Part shown: positions 26,022 through 36,881 of the stretch, piece by piece
Position numbering within the stretch: position 1 is the first letter of the stretch
Layout of the letters: every line of letters starts with the position of its first letter
IMG/VR virus record: IMGVR_UViG_3300025122_000005
Span: 64,001 to 128,000 of that record
Direction: 5' to 3' (one strand)
Source: a virus
DNA: 64,000 bases
Notes under the pieces: model-generated
What the model saw: only the letters and a program-made list of their open reading frames with translations
Databases searched by the model: none
What the model was told of the DNA's origin: nothing
Program-made: the position numbers and the translations under genes

Positions 26022-27365
26022 GTGGAAGTGAGCAAAGATAAATTGTCAAAAACATACGTCCTCGATACTAATGTATACCTAACAGATTCTAAATCTCTAG
26101 AATCATTTGGAGAAGATAACATCATTATCCCGCTCAAGGTGCTGGACGAAGTGGATAAGCATAAAAAACGTCAAGACCCCGTCGGCGTCCATGCTAGAAA
26201 TATAATAAGAAAATTAGACAAACTTAGGGAACACGGCAATCTCCACCAGGGTGTAAAAATAGGAGATGGAAAGGGAATAGTGTTTGCAAAAAGTTATGAT
26301 CCATTCGCTCTTCCTGATGACCTAGATTTAGAAAATGCAGATAATCAAATAATTGCAACAGCACTTTCGGAAAAAAACAATAATCCCGACAGAGATATAA
26401 TTGTAGTTTCCCGCGATATTAATATGAGAGTTAAGTGTGACTCTTTGGGGCTGGAGTGCGAAGATTATAATATAGAACAGGTAGTGGAGGATATAAGTGG
26501 GTTATATACAGGGTTTAAAACGCACCTAGTGGATGACCAAATAATAGACAATGTTTATAATGACAACCCAGTATATCTTGACGAAGATGAAATAAAGGTT
26601 AACCCTAATCAGTTTGTGATGTTGGTGTCTAGTTCTAACGAGAAAAAAACTGCTCTGGTAAGATTTCTATCTTATGAACAGCCACTTAAGAAAGTTAGAA
26701 CATTTACAAAAGGAAAAGTATGGGGACTTAAGCCCAGAAATAAGGAGCAATCTTTTGCTCTAGATTTATTGATGGACCCGCAAGTTCCAGTGGTATCTTT
26801 AATAGGCAAAGCGGGGTCAGGCAAAACTTTGTTGGCACTAGCATCTGCCTTGCACCAAACGTTCGGGGAGGTGGCTAACGACCGCATGTATAATAGAATT
26901 GTTGTTACTAAGCCCGTCGAGCCAGTAGGCAAGGATATCGGATTTTTGCCTGGCACAATGGAGGAGAAAATGATGCCATGGCTGGCTCCAATACAAGATA
27001 ATTTACAATTTCTTTTCGGAAATGATAAAATGACTCTAGAGATGCACATGGAAGAGGGTCGCATCGAGGTTGAAGCCATGACTTATATAAGGGGCAGGTC
27101 GATTTCAAATGCTTTCATCATAATAGACGAAGCTCAGAATATGAATCGTCATGAAATCAAGACTGTTTTGACAAGAGTGGGAGAGGGAACAAAAATAATT
27201 TTAACAGGAGATATAGAACAGATCGATAATGTCTATATTGACGGAACAAACAATGGACTCTCGTACATCGTGGAAAAATTTAAAGATCAAGATATTGCTG
27301 GACACATAACCCTGTTTAAGGGAGAAAGGTCCAAAGTTGCAACTGTAGCAGCTAAACTATTATAA
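26022..27365 (+). CDS. phoH: PIN-domain + PhoH-family ATPase
   Basis: YVLDTNVYL, NADNQII, SRDINMRVK; GKAGSGKT, YIRGRS, IIDEAQN, LTGDIEQID. Confidence 0.92.
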   Translation: MEVSKDKLSKTYVLDTNVYLTDSKSLESFGEDNIIIPLKVLDEVDKHKKRQDPVGVHARNIIRKLDKLREHGNLHQGVKIGDGKGIVFAKSYDPFALPDDLDLENADNQIIATALSEKNNNPDRDIIVVSRDINMRVKCDSLGLECEDYNIEQVVEDISGLYTGFKTHLVDDQIIDNVYNDNPVYLDEDEIKVNPNQFVMLVSSSNEKKTALVRFLSYEQPLKKVRTFTKGKVWGLKPRNKEQSFALDLLMDPQVPVVSLIGKAGSGKTLLALASALHQTFGEVANDRMYNRIVVTKPVEPVGKDIGFLPGTMEEKMMPWLAPIQDNLQFLFGNDKMTLEMHMEEGRIEVEAMTYIRGRSISNAFIIIDEAQNMNRHEIKTVLTRVGEGTKIILTGDIEQIDNVYIDGTNNGLSYIVEKFKDQDIAGHITLFKGERSKVATVAAKLL

Positions 27366-27378
27366 CAAAGGAGTTAAA

Positions 27379-27693
27379 ATGAAAGTTGAGTTTACAGATA
27401 ACAGTGAGTTAGAAGAAGGTGGAACCATCAAGGAAAATGTAGAACCGACCACCGAAATGAAAAGTTGGATGGTCAACTATGTTGGAGAAAAGACCAATCC
27501 GGAAGATGATCAAGTAACGGTTGAAATGATCGTAGAAACCATGGCAAAAGAATTTCCAGAATTTCTTATGGCCATCGCAGAAGAAAATTGGATAAGAGGA
27601 TATCATCAGGCACTTGAAGATGTCACGGAAGGAGAGAGATTGCAGAGAGAGTCATCTTTGGTCTCCTCCGACAAAGAGGAAGAAGTTGATTGA
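27379..27693 (+). CDS. Acidic hypothetical protein
   Basis: AAGGAG RBS; 104 aa. Confidence 0.65.
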   Translation: MKVEFTDNSELEEGGTIKENVEPTTEMKSWMVNYVGEKTNPEDDQVTVEMIVETMAKEFPEFLMAIAEENWIRGYHQALEDVTEGERLQRESSLVSSDKEEEVD

Positions 27694-28387
27694 AAACTAC
27701 ATAAAGGAAACTAATAAAAAATCCAGACAAGCATCGGGAGAAGATCAGTTTGGGTCTATTCAAGTAATAATGAAAGATCATTTTAGTACAAGAAATATTG
27801 ATCTAGATGTTGTTCTTGGTGAAGTATCTAGCAAGGTCCCTCCTGCGTATCTGGAGTATATTGATTATATTATGATTGGACACTTTGAAGAGTTAACTAA
27901 AAAAAGTGTCAATGCGGCTTATATGGACGGAGCGATATATGTCACCAATGAACAAGATGATGAGAGCGACATGATAGATGACCTTGTTCATGAAATCGCC
28001 CACGCCGTCGAGGAAAACAACTTTATAGAGATATATTCTGATGGTAACTTGGAATCGGAGTTTTTGTCCAAGAGGGAGAGATTATATCACTTGTTAGAAT
28101 CGGAAAAGGACTTAGATATAGAATATCAAGATTTTAAAAATCCCGAATATTCTAAAGAATTTGATGAGGTGCTGTTTTATCAAATTGGATACCCACTTCT
28201 AGCCGCGATAAGTGTTAATCTTTTTTATTCTCCATATGCGGCAACTTCCCTGAGAGAATACTTCGCCAGTGGGTTCGAGACTTTTTACAACAAAAAAGAT
28301 TTTAATAGATTAGCATCTATTAGTCCGATTTTGTTTGACAAACTAGAAAAATTAAACTATAATAAGGAGAAAGAATATGGAATTTAA
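27686..28387 (+). CDS. HExxH zincin-like protein
   Basis: LVHEIAHAVEE ... REYFASGFE; probable TTG start at 27686. Confidence 0.6.
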   Translation: MIENYIKETNKKSRQASGEDQFGSIQVIMKDHFSTRNIDLDVVLGEVSSKVPPAYLEYIDYIMIGHFEELTKKSVNAAYMDGAIYVTNEQDDESDMIDDLVHEIAHAVEENNFIEIYSDGNLESEFLSKRERLYHLLESEKDLDIEYQDFKNPEYSKEFDEVLFYQIGYPLLAAISVNLFYSPYAATSLREYFASGFETFYNKKDFNRLASISPILFDKLEKLNYNKEKEYGI

Positions 28388-28736
28388 GATAATTGAAAAT
28401 ACTTTGAATAGAGTAAAAGTATCGGTTAAAATAATAAAGAGATCGTTAGCTGTAGATCCAAACACACACGTCGATACACAAGACGTTGCAGACTTCCTCA
28501 AGAGGGAGGGTGTAGACTTTGCCAATTGCATTGGGGAAACGGTGTTGGATAATTATAGTGACAATCCAAAGTTGGAAGGTGAGTGGGTTTTCAACAAGAA
28601 TGTGCAAGTCCCCACTCAAAAGAAAAGGAAGACAAATGTCCCAGTTGCAACAGGCACAACAAAGAGAAGAAGAAAGCCTAAAACAAAGACCGAACCTCAA
28701 AAAAATCAGCTTCTCAGAACTGAAAATATGGAATGA
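28377..28736 (+). CDS. Hypothetical protein with basic C-terminus
   Basis: 119-aa ORF with GGAG RBS. Confidence 0.55.
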   Translation: MEFKIIENTLNRVKVSVKIIKRSLAVDPNTHVDTQDVADFLKREGVDFANCIGETVLDNYSDNPKLEGEWVFNKNVQVPTQKKRKTNVPVATGTTKRRRKPKTKTEPQKNQLLRTENME

Positions 28737-29460
28737 GTGTCCATTCAAACATAAGTTAATTTATCTAGATGGGATAAAGAAGTTTAAGGGCAATGAATAC
28801 ACTGCATTTGGCACCGCCATTCATCACGTTTGCGAATTAAAAGTACAAGATTCCACTATCAACGGTGAAGACTCTTTTAAGAAAAAATTCGTAGAAGAAA
28901 TTAAAAATCTAGAATTAGAAGAAATTAATAAAAAATTAGTTGTAGAAATGGTAGAACAAGGAAAGAACTTAGTAAAATATATTCTTCCCGAGCTAGAGAG
29001 AACCTTCGAAAAATACGAAGTGGTCTCGGTGGAGGAGCAAATTTTTGAAGGGATTACCGAGTTTGAAACAGATTTTAATTTTAAAGGATTCATTGATCTG
29101 GTAATTAAGACACCAGACGACAGATATCATGTAATAGATTGGAAAACGTGCTCTTGGGGTTGGGACGCGCAAAGGAAATCGGAAAAGATGACAGTATATC
29201 AATTGAGCTTTTACAAGAATTATTTTTGTAAAAAACACAATATCGATCCGGATAATGTAGATACCTATTTTGCCCTTTTGAAGAGGACAGCTAAAAAAAA
29301 CAACGCTGAAATATTCAAGGTCACGAATGGCAAAAAGAGGGTAGCAAACGCCGTAGACTTATTATATCGAGCATTAACACATATTAATAGTAAAAATTAC
29401 ATTAAAAATAAGCTATCATGTAAAAGATGTGAATTCTATAAATCTTCTCACTGCCCATAA
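28636..29460 (+). CDS. PD-(D/E)XK (RecB/Cas4-like) exonuclease
   Basis: ISFSELKIWNECP, FGTAIH, VEEQ, GFIDLV, VIDWKT, QLSFY, CKRCEFY..C. Confidence 0.85.
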   Translation: MSQLQQAQQREEESLKQRPNLKKISFSELKIWNECPFKHKLIYLDGIKKFKGNEYTAFGTAIHHVCELKVQDSTINGEDSFKKKFVEEIKNLELEEINKKLVVEMVEQGKNLVKYILPELERTFEKYEVVSVEEQIFEGITEFETDFNFKGFIDLVIKTPDDRYHVIDWKTCSWGWDAQRKSEKMTVYQLSFYKNYFCKKHNIDPDNVDTYFALLKRTAKKNNAEIFKVTNGKKRVANAVDLLYRALTHINSKNYIKNKLSCKRCEFYKSSHCP

Positions 29461-29471
29461 AGGAAACAACT

Positions 29472-30737
29472 ATGAAAAAAATTAAAGTCTTTATTATTTC
29501 AGACAGTCCACTTGCCCCTTCCGGGGTAGCTGGACAAACAAGATATATGATCGAGGGTTTGTTGCAAACTGGTAGGTTTAAATTTGTTTGTTTCGGCGGT
29601 GCAATAAAGCATGCTGATTACAAACCAATTACAACGGAAGAATATGGCGATGACTGGGTGATACACCCTATTGACGGATACGGCAATCAAGAGTCAGTTA
29701 GAACGCTATTGCAACAAGAAAAGCCAGATATAATGTGGATTATGACGGACCCGCGCTTTTGGCCATGGCTGTGGGAGATTGAGAACGAAGTAAGATCTGT
29801 CGTCCCGCTTGTATATTATCACGTATGGGATAACTTTCCTGCTCCAAAATTTAACAGAGACTTTTACATGTCTAATGATTTAATAGCTACGATAAGTAAG
29901 CTAACAGACGAGATCGTTGCCGAAGTAGCACCAGAGGTGCAAAGACTTAGGATTCCTCACACAACCAACGTACATGTATTCAAGAGATTACCCGATGAAG
30001 AAATAAAAGATTTTAGAAGAAAAAACAAATTAGCATATAAGAAAAACGGAGATCCAAAGACACTCTTCTTTTGGAACAATAGAAATGCCAGAAGAAAGCA
30101 GTCCGGCACTGTTCTTTGGTGGTTCTCTGAATTCCTAGAAAAGGTTGGAAAAGATAATGCCGCTATCATTATGCATACAGAACCAAAAGATCCAAATGGT
30201 CAAGATTTGGAGGCGATCATTGCGGAGACAAATATGGTTGACGGTCAGGCATTATTATCTGTTAACAAGCTCACCTTGAGTGATCTTGCAATGCTCTACA
30301 ACGTTTGTGATTGCACAATTAATATTTCAGATGCTGAAGGCTTTGGGCTGGCAACGCTGGAGTCTTTATCCTGTGAAACTCCGATAATTGTTAACATGAC
30401 AGGAGGTCTCCAGGAGCAAGTCACAGACGGTGAAAATTGGTTTGGAATAGGGCTCGAACCAAAATCTAAATCAATTATAGGGTCTCAGCAAGTGCCCTAT
30501 ATTTACGAGGATAGAATTTCTAAAGAAGATTTTATAAATGCTTTAGAAAAAATCTACAACATGACAGAGGAAGACAGAAGAGCATTGGGCGCAGCTGGCC
30601 GTCAACATGTGTTAAATAATTATGGATTTGACAGCTATATTGATACTTGGGACGAAACTTTAACAAGAATCCATGAAGAGGGCGGCTCGTGGGAAACTAG
30701 GAAACATAAAGCTTGGGATATGGTGGAAATAAAATGA
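29472..30737 (+). CDS. GT4-family glycosyltransferase
   Basis: NNRNARRK, SDAEGFGLATLESLSCETP. Confidence 0.88.
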   Translation: MKKIKVFIISDSPLAPSGVAGQTRYMIEGLLQTGRFKFVCFGGAIKHADYKPITTEEYGDDWVIHPIDGYGNQESVRTLLQQEKPDIMWIMTDPRFWPWLWEIENEVRSVVPLVYYHVWDNFPAPKFNRDFYMSNDLIATISKLTDEIVAEVAPEVQRLRIPHTTNVHVFKRLPDEEIKDFRRKNKLAYKKNGDPKTLFFWNNRNARRKQSGTVLWWFSEFLEKVGKDNAAIIMHTEPKDPNGQDLEAIIAETNMVDGQALLSVNKLTLSDLAMLYNVCDCTINISDAEGFGLATLESLSCETPIIVNMTGGLQEQVTDGENWFGIGLEPKSKSIIGSQQVPYIYEDRISKEDFINALEKIYNMTEEDRRALGAAGRQHVLNNYGFDSYIDTWDETLTRIHEEGGSWETRKHKAWDMVEIK

Positions 30738-32830
30738 AGTATAAAGTTATTGTAGAAGGACCGGCACTAACACAATCCGGATATGGGGAACATACGAGGT
30801 TAGTATTGAGATCATTGCGTGCGAGAGAAGATCTTTTAGATGTCTACCTGTCTCCCTTAAATTGGGGAACCACTTCGTGGATTCTAGGAAATTCAGAAGA
30901 GAGGGAGTGGATGTCCACTTTACAACAAAAGCTGGAAGCCCTTCCAGAAAATGAAAGAAAATTTGATTTTCACATAAGGGTTGGGATTCCAAACGAGTTT
31001 AATAGACTGGCACCGTATGCTGTTACGGTCACTGCTGGTATCGAAACAACAAAGGTTGCTCCCAAGTGGATTGAAAAAAGTCATGAAATGGACAGGCTAG
31101 TTGTTCCTTCCGAATTTGCTAAGTGGGTTTTTGAAAATACAAAGTACGAAGTCCAAGATGAGAATGGAACAAAGACTCTTTTAGGGTGTGGGTCTCCTGT
31201 GGATGTTGTGCCTTATCCAGTAGGGAGTCTGGAAAAAGATGAGAATTTTAAGTTAGACCTAGAAACAGACTTTAACTATCTTATGGTGGCACAGTGGTCA
31301 ATTAGGAAAAATCTTGAGAACACTTTAAGATGGTTTATCGAAGAATTCAAGAATGAAGACGTTGGATTGGTTATAAAAACAAACACTGCTAAGAATAGTT
31401 ATATGGACAAGTCCTTTACTAAGAAAAAGTTAGAAATGTTTTTGGGCCAAAAGGAATTTCGAGATCGAAAATGCAGAATATATTTTTTGCACGGAGATAT
31501 GACCCGCGAAGAACTCAATTCCTTGTACACCCATCCAAAGATCAAGGCAATAATCAGTGCAACTCACGGCGAAGGTTTTGGGCTACCCTTATTCGAAGCG
31601 GCTTGTAACGGACTTCCTGTCCTTGCTACTGGATGGAGCGGTCATTTAGATTTTCTTTATGCTCCTGTAAAAACAAAGGGGAAGGGCGGCAAGCCGAAGA
31701 AAAAAGCCCTTTTCGCGAGAGTTGATTATGTTTTAGCACCTGTGCAAAAAGAAGCCATCTGGAAGGACATACTTCCCGAAGGATCTATGTGGTCTTACCC
31801 CAATAAAGTTGATTTTAAGAAAAAACTCCGAGCACTTCACACCAACAATGGGGTATATGTGTCCTGGGCTAAAAAACTTAAAACACATATACTTAAGAAT
31901 TATTCGGAAGAAGAGGTGCTGAAAAATATGTTGGCGGCTGTAATCCCCCAAACCATATTAAACCCACCAGAATATGTTTATGTTAGTGACGCCTTCGCAG
32001 GACAATATCAAGGCGGTGCTGAAATGAGCTTGCAAACCATAATTGAGAATTCTCCATCTAAGCAGATCGGAGCGATAAACTCTAATCTCTTGAATGAGAA
32101 GCTCATTTCAGATAATAAAAAAGCAAAATGGATTTTTGGTAATATCGCGAATATGTCTCCTGAAATTTTTGAGTTGATTCAAAAACATGAGATTGAATAT
32201 TCATTTATTGAATTTGATTATAAATTTTGCAAACATCGCAATCCTCTTTTATACGAGATGGTTGAAGGCGAAAAGTGCGACTATGGTGAAACGGAACAGG
32301 GTGGAAGGATAAAAAGATTTGTTGAAAATGCTAAATCTATATTTTTCATGTCAGAAAAACAGAAACAAATTTATCTTGAATCGATAAACATTGCCGATTC
32401 CGGAAAGGTGCATGTTTTGTCCTCGTTGTTTGGAAAAGAGTTCTTCGAGGTTGTGGAATCTTTCAGAGAACAAGCAAAGGGAAGAAAGAAGGGCAATTGG
32501 GTGGTTTTGGGATCCGATAGTTGGGTCAAGGGTGCTCAAGAGTCTGAAGAGTGGTGTAAGAAAAACAATCTAGAATACGAAGTATTGTGGGGATTAAAAC
32601 CGATACAATTTCTAGAAAAGTTGGCTCTATCTAAGGGCGTGTGTTTCAAGCCAGGAGGATTAGACACGTGTCCTAGATTTATAATTGAGGCAAAGTTGCT
32701 AGGGTGTGAACTGGAATTAAATGAGAACGTTCAACACCGCGAAGAAGAATGGTTTAACAAAGATCATGAGGAAATCGTAGAATATCTCAAATCTAGACCG
32801 TCTTATTTTTGGGAGAACGCATTTTGTTAA
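30734..32830 (+). CDS. Two-module GT-B glycosyltransferase (GT4-like)
   Basis: SGYGEH, RKNLE, THGEGFGLPLFEAACNG; second module DTCPRFIIEAKLLG. Confidence 0.85.
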   Translation: MKYKVIVEGPALTQSGYGEHTRLVLRSLRAREDLLDVYLSPLNWGTTSWILGNSEEREWMSTLQQKLEALPENERKFDFHIRVGIPNEFNRLAPYAVTVTAGIETTKVAPKWIEKSHEMDRLVVPSEFAKWVFENTKYEVQDENGTKTLLGCGSPVDVVPYPVGSLEKDENFKLDLETDFNYLMVAQWSIRKNLENTLRWFIEEFKNEDVGLVIKTNTAKNSYMDKSFTKKKLEMFLGQKEFRDRKCRIYFLHGDMTREELNSLYTHPKIKAIISATHGEGFGLPLFEAACNGLPVLATGWSGHLDFLYAPVKTKGKGGKPKKKALFARVDYVLAPVQKEAIWKDILPEGSMWSYPNKVDFKKKLRALHTNNGVYVSWAKKLKTHILKNYSEEEVLKNMLAAVIPQTILNPPEYVYVSDAFAGQYQGGAEMSLQTIIENSPSKQIGAINSNLLNEKLISDNKKAKWIFGNIANMSPEIFELIQKHEIEYSFIEFDYKFCKHRNPLLYEMVEGEKCDYGETEQGGRIKRFVENAKSIFFMSEKQKQIYLESINIADSGKVHVLSSLFGKEFFEVVESFREQAKGRKKGNWVVLGSDSWVKGAQESEEWCKKNNLEYEVLWGLKPIQFLEKLALSKGVCFKPGGLDTCPRFIIEAKLLGCELELNENVQHREEEWFNKDHEEIVEYLKSRPSYFWENAFC

Positions 32831-33621
32831 ACGAAGAAGAATGTTTGATAGAAAATCACTTCACCATAGTAATACTTTCCTATAACAATGAGAAGTGGAT
32901 TGAAAAAAATGTAAATTCTGCTATTAAGCAAGAATATGATAAATTTGATATTCGGTTTATAAATGATGCGTCAATTGATAAAACGGGCAAATTAGCAGAG
33001 AAGTTATTTAAAGAGTGGAGAGCAGGACCAAATGAAGATAGAAAGTTGTCCGTTGTGCATAACACTGATAATACTCGTGCCCTCCCTAATCTTGTCTCTG
33101 CAGTCAATTGCGCCCGTCCAGACTCCATTATAGTGGCTCTGGATGGTGATGATTGGTTGGCAAATAGATATGTGTTACAACATCTCAATGAGGTGTATCA
33201 AGATCCAAATGCTTGGATTACTGCTGGCTCTTACATCGAAAGCGTCGACGGGACGGTGGTTAGACCACGAGTGACAGATGATTATTGGACGGGGAATATA
33301 CGCCACAAGGAGTGGACCTTTTCTCACTTGAGAACATTTAGAAAAGAGCTTTTTATGAGCATCAAAGAGGAAGACATGAAAGATGCCGATGGTAATTTTT
33401 ATAAGTTCACTTGGGATAGAGTTATAATGTACCCAATGATTGAAATGGCCGGACCCAAACATTTTAAACCGGTAGACAAAATAACATATGTTTATAATCG
33501 AGATAATCCATTAGCTGTTGATAAGGTCCATCGAACCGATCAGCTTCGAATTGAAGCAGAACTAAAAGCAAAACAACCTTATGATAGATTAGAGGAACTT
33601 CCAATAAGTGACTACCTCTAA
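32809..33621 (+). CDS. GT2-family glycosyltransferase
   Basis: VILSYN, INDASID, LDGDDWL. Confidence 0.85.
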   Translation: MGERILLNEEECLIENHFTIVILSYNNEKWIEKNVNSAIKQEYDKFDIRFINDASIDKTGKLAEKLFKEWRAGPNEDRKLSVVHNTDNTRALPNLVSAVNCARPDSIIVALDGDDWLANRYVLQHLNEVYQDPNAWITAGSYIESVDGTVVRPRVTDDYWTGNIRHKEWTFSHLRTFRKELFMSIKEEDMKDADGNFYKFTWDRVIMYPMIEMAGPKHFKPVDKITYVYNRDNPLAVDKVHRTDQLRIEAELKAKQPYDRLEELPISDYL

Positions 33622-34579
33622 AAAATTCAATATTTTAATGTGCTCCCGCCCTGGAGGAGATCGCGGACCTGGTCTCACTTTTAGTCATCATGTCGATGCC
33701 CTAAATCAAGACAAATTAGAAAGATTTAATGTGGAAGAGATCTGGAATCTTAAGCAGGGTGACGATATTAGCCAGTTCGATGTATTCTGGTTTTATGCTA
33801 AAGGATTCAATCCAACTTTATATTTTAATTTAAAACAAAACTTCCCTAATAAGAAGTTTGTTTTTGGACCAAATGTTCTCTTAGATTACCCAGACATAGG
33901 CGCAGCAGATGAGTGGGATCAGTGGTTTGTGAGAGAGGTCGCGTTTGACTTGTATATCGATCAAGTTGAGTTTTACAACAATCATGTTAAGAAGTTTTTG
34001 AGAAAAGACTTGGTTCATAAAGCTGATTATCTAGATAAGTGTGTAACCTTTGATATAGACCCAGAGATTATAAACAACAAGAACATAGAATATGATTGTC
34101 TTGTTTACTCCAAAAGAAGAAGGTACGATGACAACTATTTCGATTTTCACGAAGGCATAATAGATCTTCTAGAAGAAAACGATTTATCTTATATTGAATT
34201 AACTTATGGCAGCTATAAGCGAGAAGAGTATTTTGATGCGCTCTTGAAGTCCAAGTGTTGCATTAACTTAAGTCTAGACGAGTGCCCAGGCATCGCAACA
34301 TATGAGGCGATGTTTTTAGACGTTCCAGTGATTGGTTCTCCGCATAATACTCCGAGTATATTTGATCAAAACTTTTGGGTACACGATACAGATAGAATGA
34401 CAGAAAAGTATCTTAAGAGAAAAGACGGATCTGCTATCCCTTATATTGAGAAAGTAAAAGAATTCTTGAATGGTGACCTTAAGCCGTCAATCTCTCCGAG
34501 AAAATATATTCTCAAGCATGCTGGTTATGAGCGATATGCAAATGACGCTTATGATTTAATGATTAAATATTGTGGGTGA
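33608..34579 (+). CDS. GT-B glycosyltransferase-like protein
   Basis: SLDECPGIATYEAMFLDVPVI. Confidence 0.65.
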   Translation: MTTSKKFNILMCSRPGGDRGPGLTFSHHVDALNQDKLERFNVEEIWNLKQGDDISQFDVFWFYAKGFNPTLYFNLKQNFPNKKFVFGPNVLLDYPDIGAADEWDQWFVREVAFDLYIDQVEFYNNHVKKFLRKDLVHKADYLDKCVTFDIDPEIINNKNIEYDCLVYSKRRRYDDNYFDFHEGIIDLLEENDLSYIELTYGSYKREEYFDALLKSKCCINLSLDECPGIATYEAMFLDVPVIGSPHNTPSIFDQNFWVHDTDRMTEKYLKRKDGSAIPYIEKVKEFLNGDLKPSISPRKYILKHAGYERYANDAYDLMIKYCG

Positions 34580-34585
34580 AATGAA

Positions 34586-35419
34586 GTGGGTTTAGGTGGG
34601 TATCTAGCATGGACAGCAGTCGCCAGAGAGGTGGCAAACAAGCTCTCTGAGGGACTTAAAGTGTTACCCTGTGAGGGTGATGGCAAAAACGTTAATAAAC
34701 TGCTTAGAAGTCCAGTATTCGAGAATAACCCCTATATTTACAAAAATGGAGACGGTGACGAGGCATTTCCTCTGTTTTTAAACAATCCTCAAGCAAATTA
34801 TTGCAAGAATGACACACCAATTAAGGCTTATCATAGGGGCGACAAACACATAATAGAACAGATGTGTGAATTTTATGGCATTGAAAACCCCGAACTTAGG
34901 TGTGAATTATACTTTACAAACGCTGAAAAAGAAAGAGTGAACAAGCTTTTAGAGGGATTGGAGTCGAAATTCATTACTATAGAACCGTATTCAAAGATGA
35001 ACTACACCAAAAACAGGTCCTACCCACTGGAAAACTGGCAAAACATAGTAGAAGCCTTAAAGGATAAGGTTCAAATAGTCCAACTAGGGACACACGCCGG
35101 ACCTTTGTTGAAAAACGTTGTAGATTATAGAGGATTGACATCGTTTAGAGAGGCAACGATATTAATTGGCCATTCCGAGTTGTTCTTGAGTACAGAGGGA
35201 GGGCTAGTACATGCTGCAACCGCCGTAGACACACCTTCCGTGGTAATAATAACTGGATACCAGGACGAAAGAATGGTAGCATATCCCCAAAACATTAATA
35301 TCAATATTGCAAATCACGGACCTTGTGGGCTTAAGGTAGAATGCCCTGAGTGTGTAGAAGACGCATCTAATCATGATGAAAAAGAAATTATTGACAAAGT
35401 ACTAGAGTTTCTGCTATAA
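34586..35419 (+). CDS. GT9 (heptosyltransferase-like) glycosyltransferase
   Basis: MGLGGYLAW, KSYPLENW-like RSYPLENW, STEGGLVHAATAVDTPSVVI. Confidence 0.8.
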   Translation: MGLGGYLAWTAVAREVANKLSEGLKVLPCEGDGKNVNKLLRSPVFENNPYIYKNGDGDEAFPLFLNNPQANYCKNDTPIKAYHRGDKHIIEQMCEFYGIENPELRCELYFTNAEKERVNKLLEGLESKFITIEPYSKMNYTKNRSYPLENWQNIVEALKDKVQIVQLGTHAGPLLKNVVDYRGLTSFREATILIGHSELFLSTEGGLVHAATAVDTPSVVIITGYQDERMVAYPQNININIANHGPCGLKVECPECVEDASNHDEKEIIDKVLEFLL

Positions 35420-35426
35420 TTCGCTT

Positions 35427-35825
35427 ATGGCTAAAAAAACAATATTTACCAATGGGTGTTTTGATATACTTCACCGTGGCCACATCGAGCTTCTAAAGTT
35501 TTGCAAATCGTATGGTCGTGTTATCGTGGGTCTTAATAGTGACAAAAGTGTGCGAAAATTAAAGGGACCTTCCCGTCCTGTCTTCTCGGAAAACGATAGA
35601 AAATTTATGTTGGAGTCCTGCAAATACGTGGACAAGGTGCACGTCTTTGAAGAAGACACTCCCATTAACTTGATTAGTAAGCTAAAGCCGGATATAATTG
35701 TGAAAGGTGGAGATTATGAAGAAGAGGATGTCGTCGGAAAAGACGTATGTGAATCTGTTATAATCTTTAATTATTTAGATGGATATTCAACAACTGAAAT
35801 CATTCAAGATATTAGTGATAGGTGA
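35427..35825 (+). CDS. rfaE2: Heptose-1-phosphate nucleotidyltransferase (HldE domain II/RfaE2)
   Basis: FTNGCFDILHRGH, VGLNSDKSVRKLKGPSRP, VKGGDY, GYSTT. Confidence 0.92.
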   Translation: MAKKTIFTNGCFDILHRGHIELLKFCKSYGRVIVGLNSDKSVRKLKGPSRPVFSENDRKFMLESCKYVDKVHVFEEDTPINLISKLKPDIIVKGGDYEEEDVVGKDVCESVIIFNYLDGYSTTEIIQDISDR

Positions 35826-36564
35826 TTCCTGTACGGATGTATATAACTACGGTACGTGCAATAGGATAAGTCCAGAAGCACCCGTCCCGATATTAAAGAC
35901 AACCTATGTAGAAGAAAAGCCTGGGATGGCTTTGAATGTTCAGAAGAATTTAGAAGCTTTTGGGCATGAATCTATGATATTAACAAATTCCGAAGTTATA
36001 AGAAAAGAAAGGTATGTAGATCAGAAGACGATGCAACACCTCTTAAGAGTCGACATCGGAGAAGAATCACCTCTCCAACCAATGGACAAAAGACTTATTA
36101 GAACAATCAAAGATTCCGGGTTTAAATATGATTGTGTTGTAGTCTCGGATTATGATAAGGGATTTATATGCAGTGATAATTGCGAAGACATAATAAGTGC
36201 CTTGAGAGATGAAGATACTGTTGTTTTTGTTGACTCGAAGAAACAGGACCTGTCTTGTTATCAAGAGTGCATAATAAAGCTGAATGAATTTGAATATGCA
36301 AATATTGAAAAGGAACCATTCAACTCAGAAGTAATAGTGACTTTAGGGTCTCAGGGTGCCAGATGGAGAGATCAGGATTTCCCAACAGAACCGGTTAATG
36401 TATTCGATGTTTGTGGAGCGGGAGACACGTTTATGGCAGCGTTTGTCACTGCTTACATGTCTACTTTTTCTTTTCCAGAATCTATCAAATTTGCGAATAA
36501 GTGTGCAAGACTATCAGTTAAAAAGTTTGGTAATTATGTGGTATCATTAGAGGACTTGAGATGA
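35779..36564 (+). CDS. rfaE1: Heptose-7-phosphate kinase (HldE domain I/RfaE1, PfkB family)
   Basis: RISPEAPVP, VVSDYDKG, FDVCGAGDTF. Confidence 0.9.
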   Translation: MDIQQLKSFKILVIGDSCTDVYNYGTCNRISPEAPVPILKTTYVEEKPGMALNVQKNLEAFGHESMILTNSEVIRKERYVDQKTMQHLLRVDIGEESPLQPMDKRLIRTIKDSGFKYDCVVVSDYDKGFICSDNCEDIISALRDEDTVVFVDSKKQDLSCYQECIIKLNEFEYANIEKEPFNSEVIVTLGSQGARWRDQDFPTEPVNVFDVCGAGDTFMAAFVTAYMSTFSFPESIKFANKCARLSVKKFGNYVVSLEDLR

Positions 36565-36881
36565 TTTATGTTTTTGATATCGATAATACAATTTGCGAGA
36601 CTGTAAACAGCGATTATAAAAACAGTATACCTATAAAAGAAAGAATTGATTCAATAAATGAGTTATACGAAAATGGTCATACAATAATATTTAATACGGC
36701 TAGAGGAATGGGAAGAACTAGAGATAATATTTTACTTGTTTACGAGATGTTTTTCGAGATGACAAAAAACCAGCTGGATAGTTGGGGAGTTAAATATGAT
36801 AAGTTATTTATGGGTAAGCCATCGGGCGATATTTATGTTGATGACAAGGGCATAAAAGATGACAGATTCTTCAAAATATAA
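36561..36881 (+). CDS. Small HAD-superfamily phosphatase
   Basis: FDIDNTI, TARG, MGKP, YVDDKG. Confidence 0.85.
   Translation: MIYVFDIDNTICETVNSDYKNSIPIKERIDSINELYENGHTIIFNTARGMGRTRDNILLVYEMFFEMTKNQLDSWGVKYDKLFMGKPSGDIYVDDKGIKDDRFFKI

Noticed and set aside
28636-29460. Cas4 of a CRISPR system
   Set aside because: No array or other cas genes; standalone PD-(D/E)XK nucleases are common in phages
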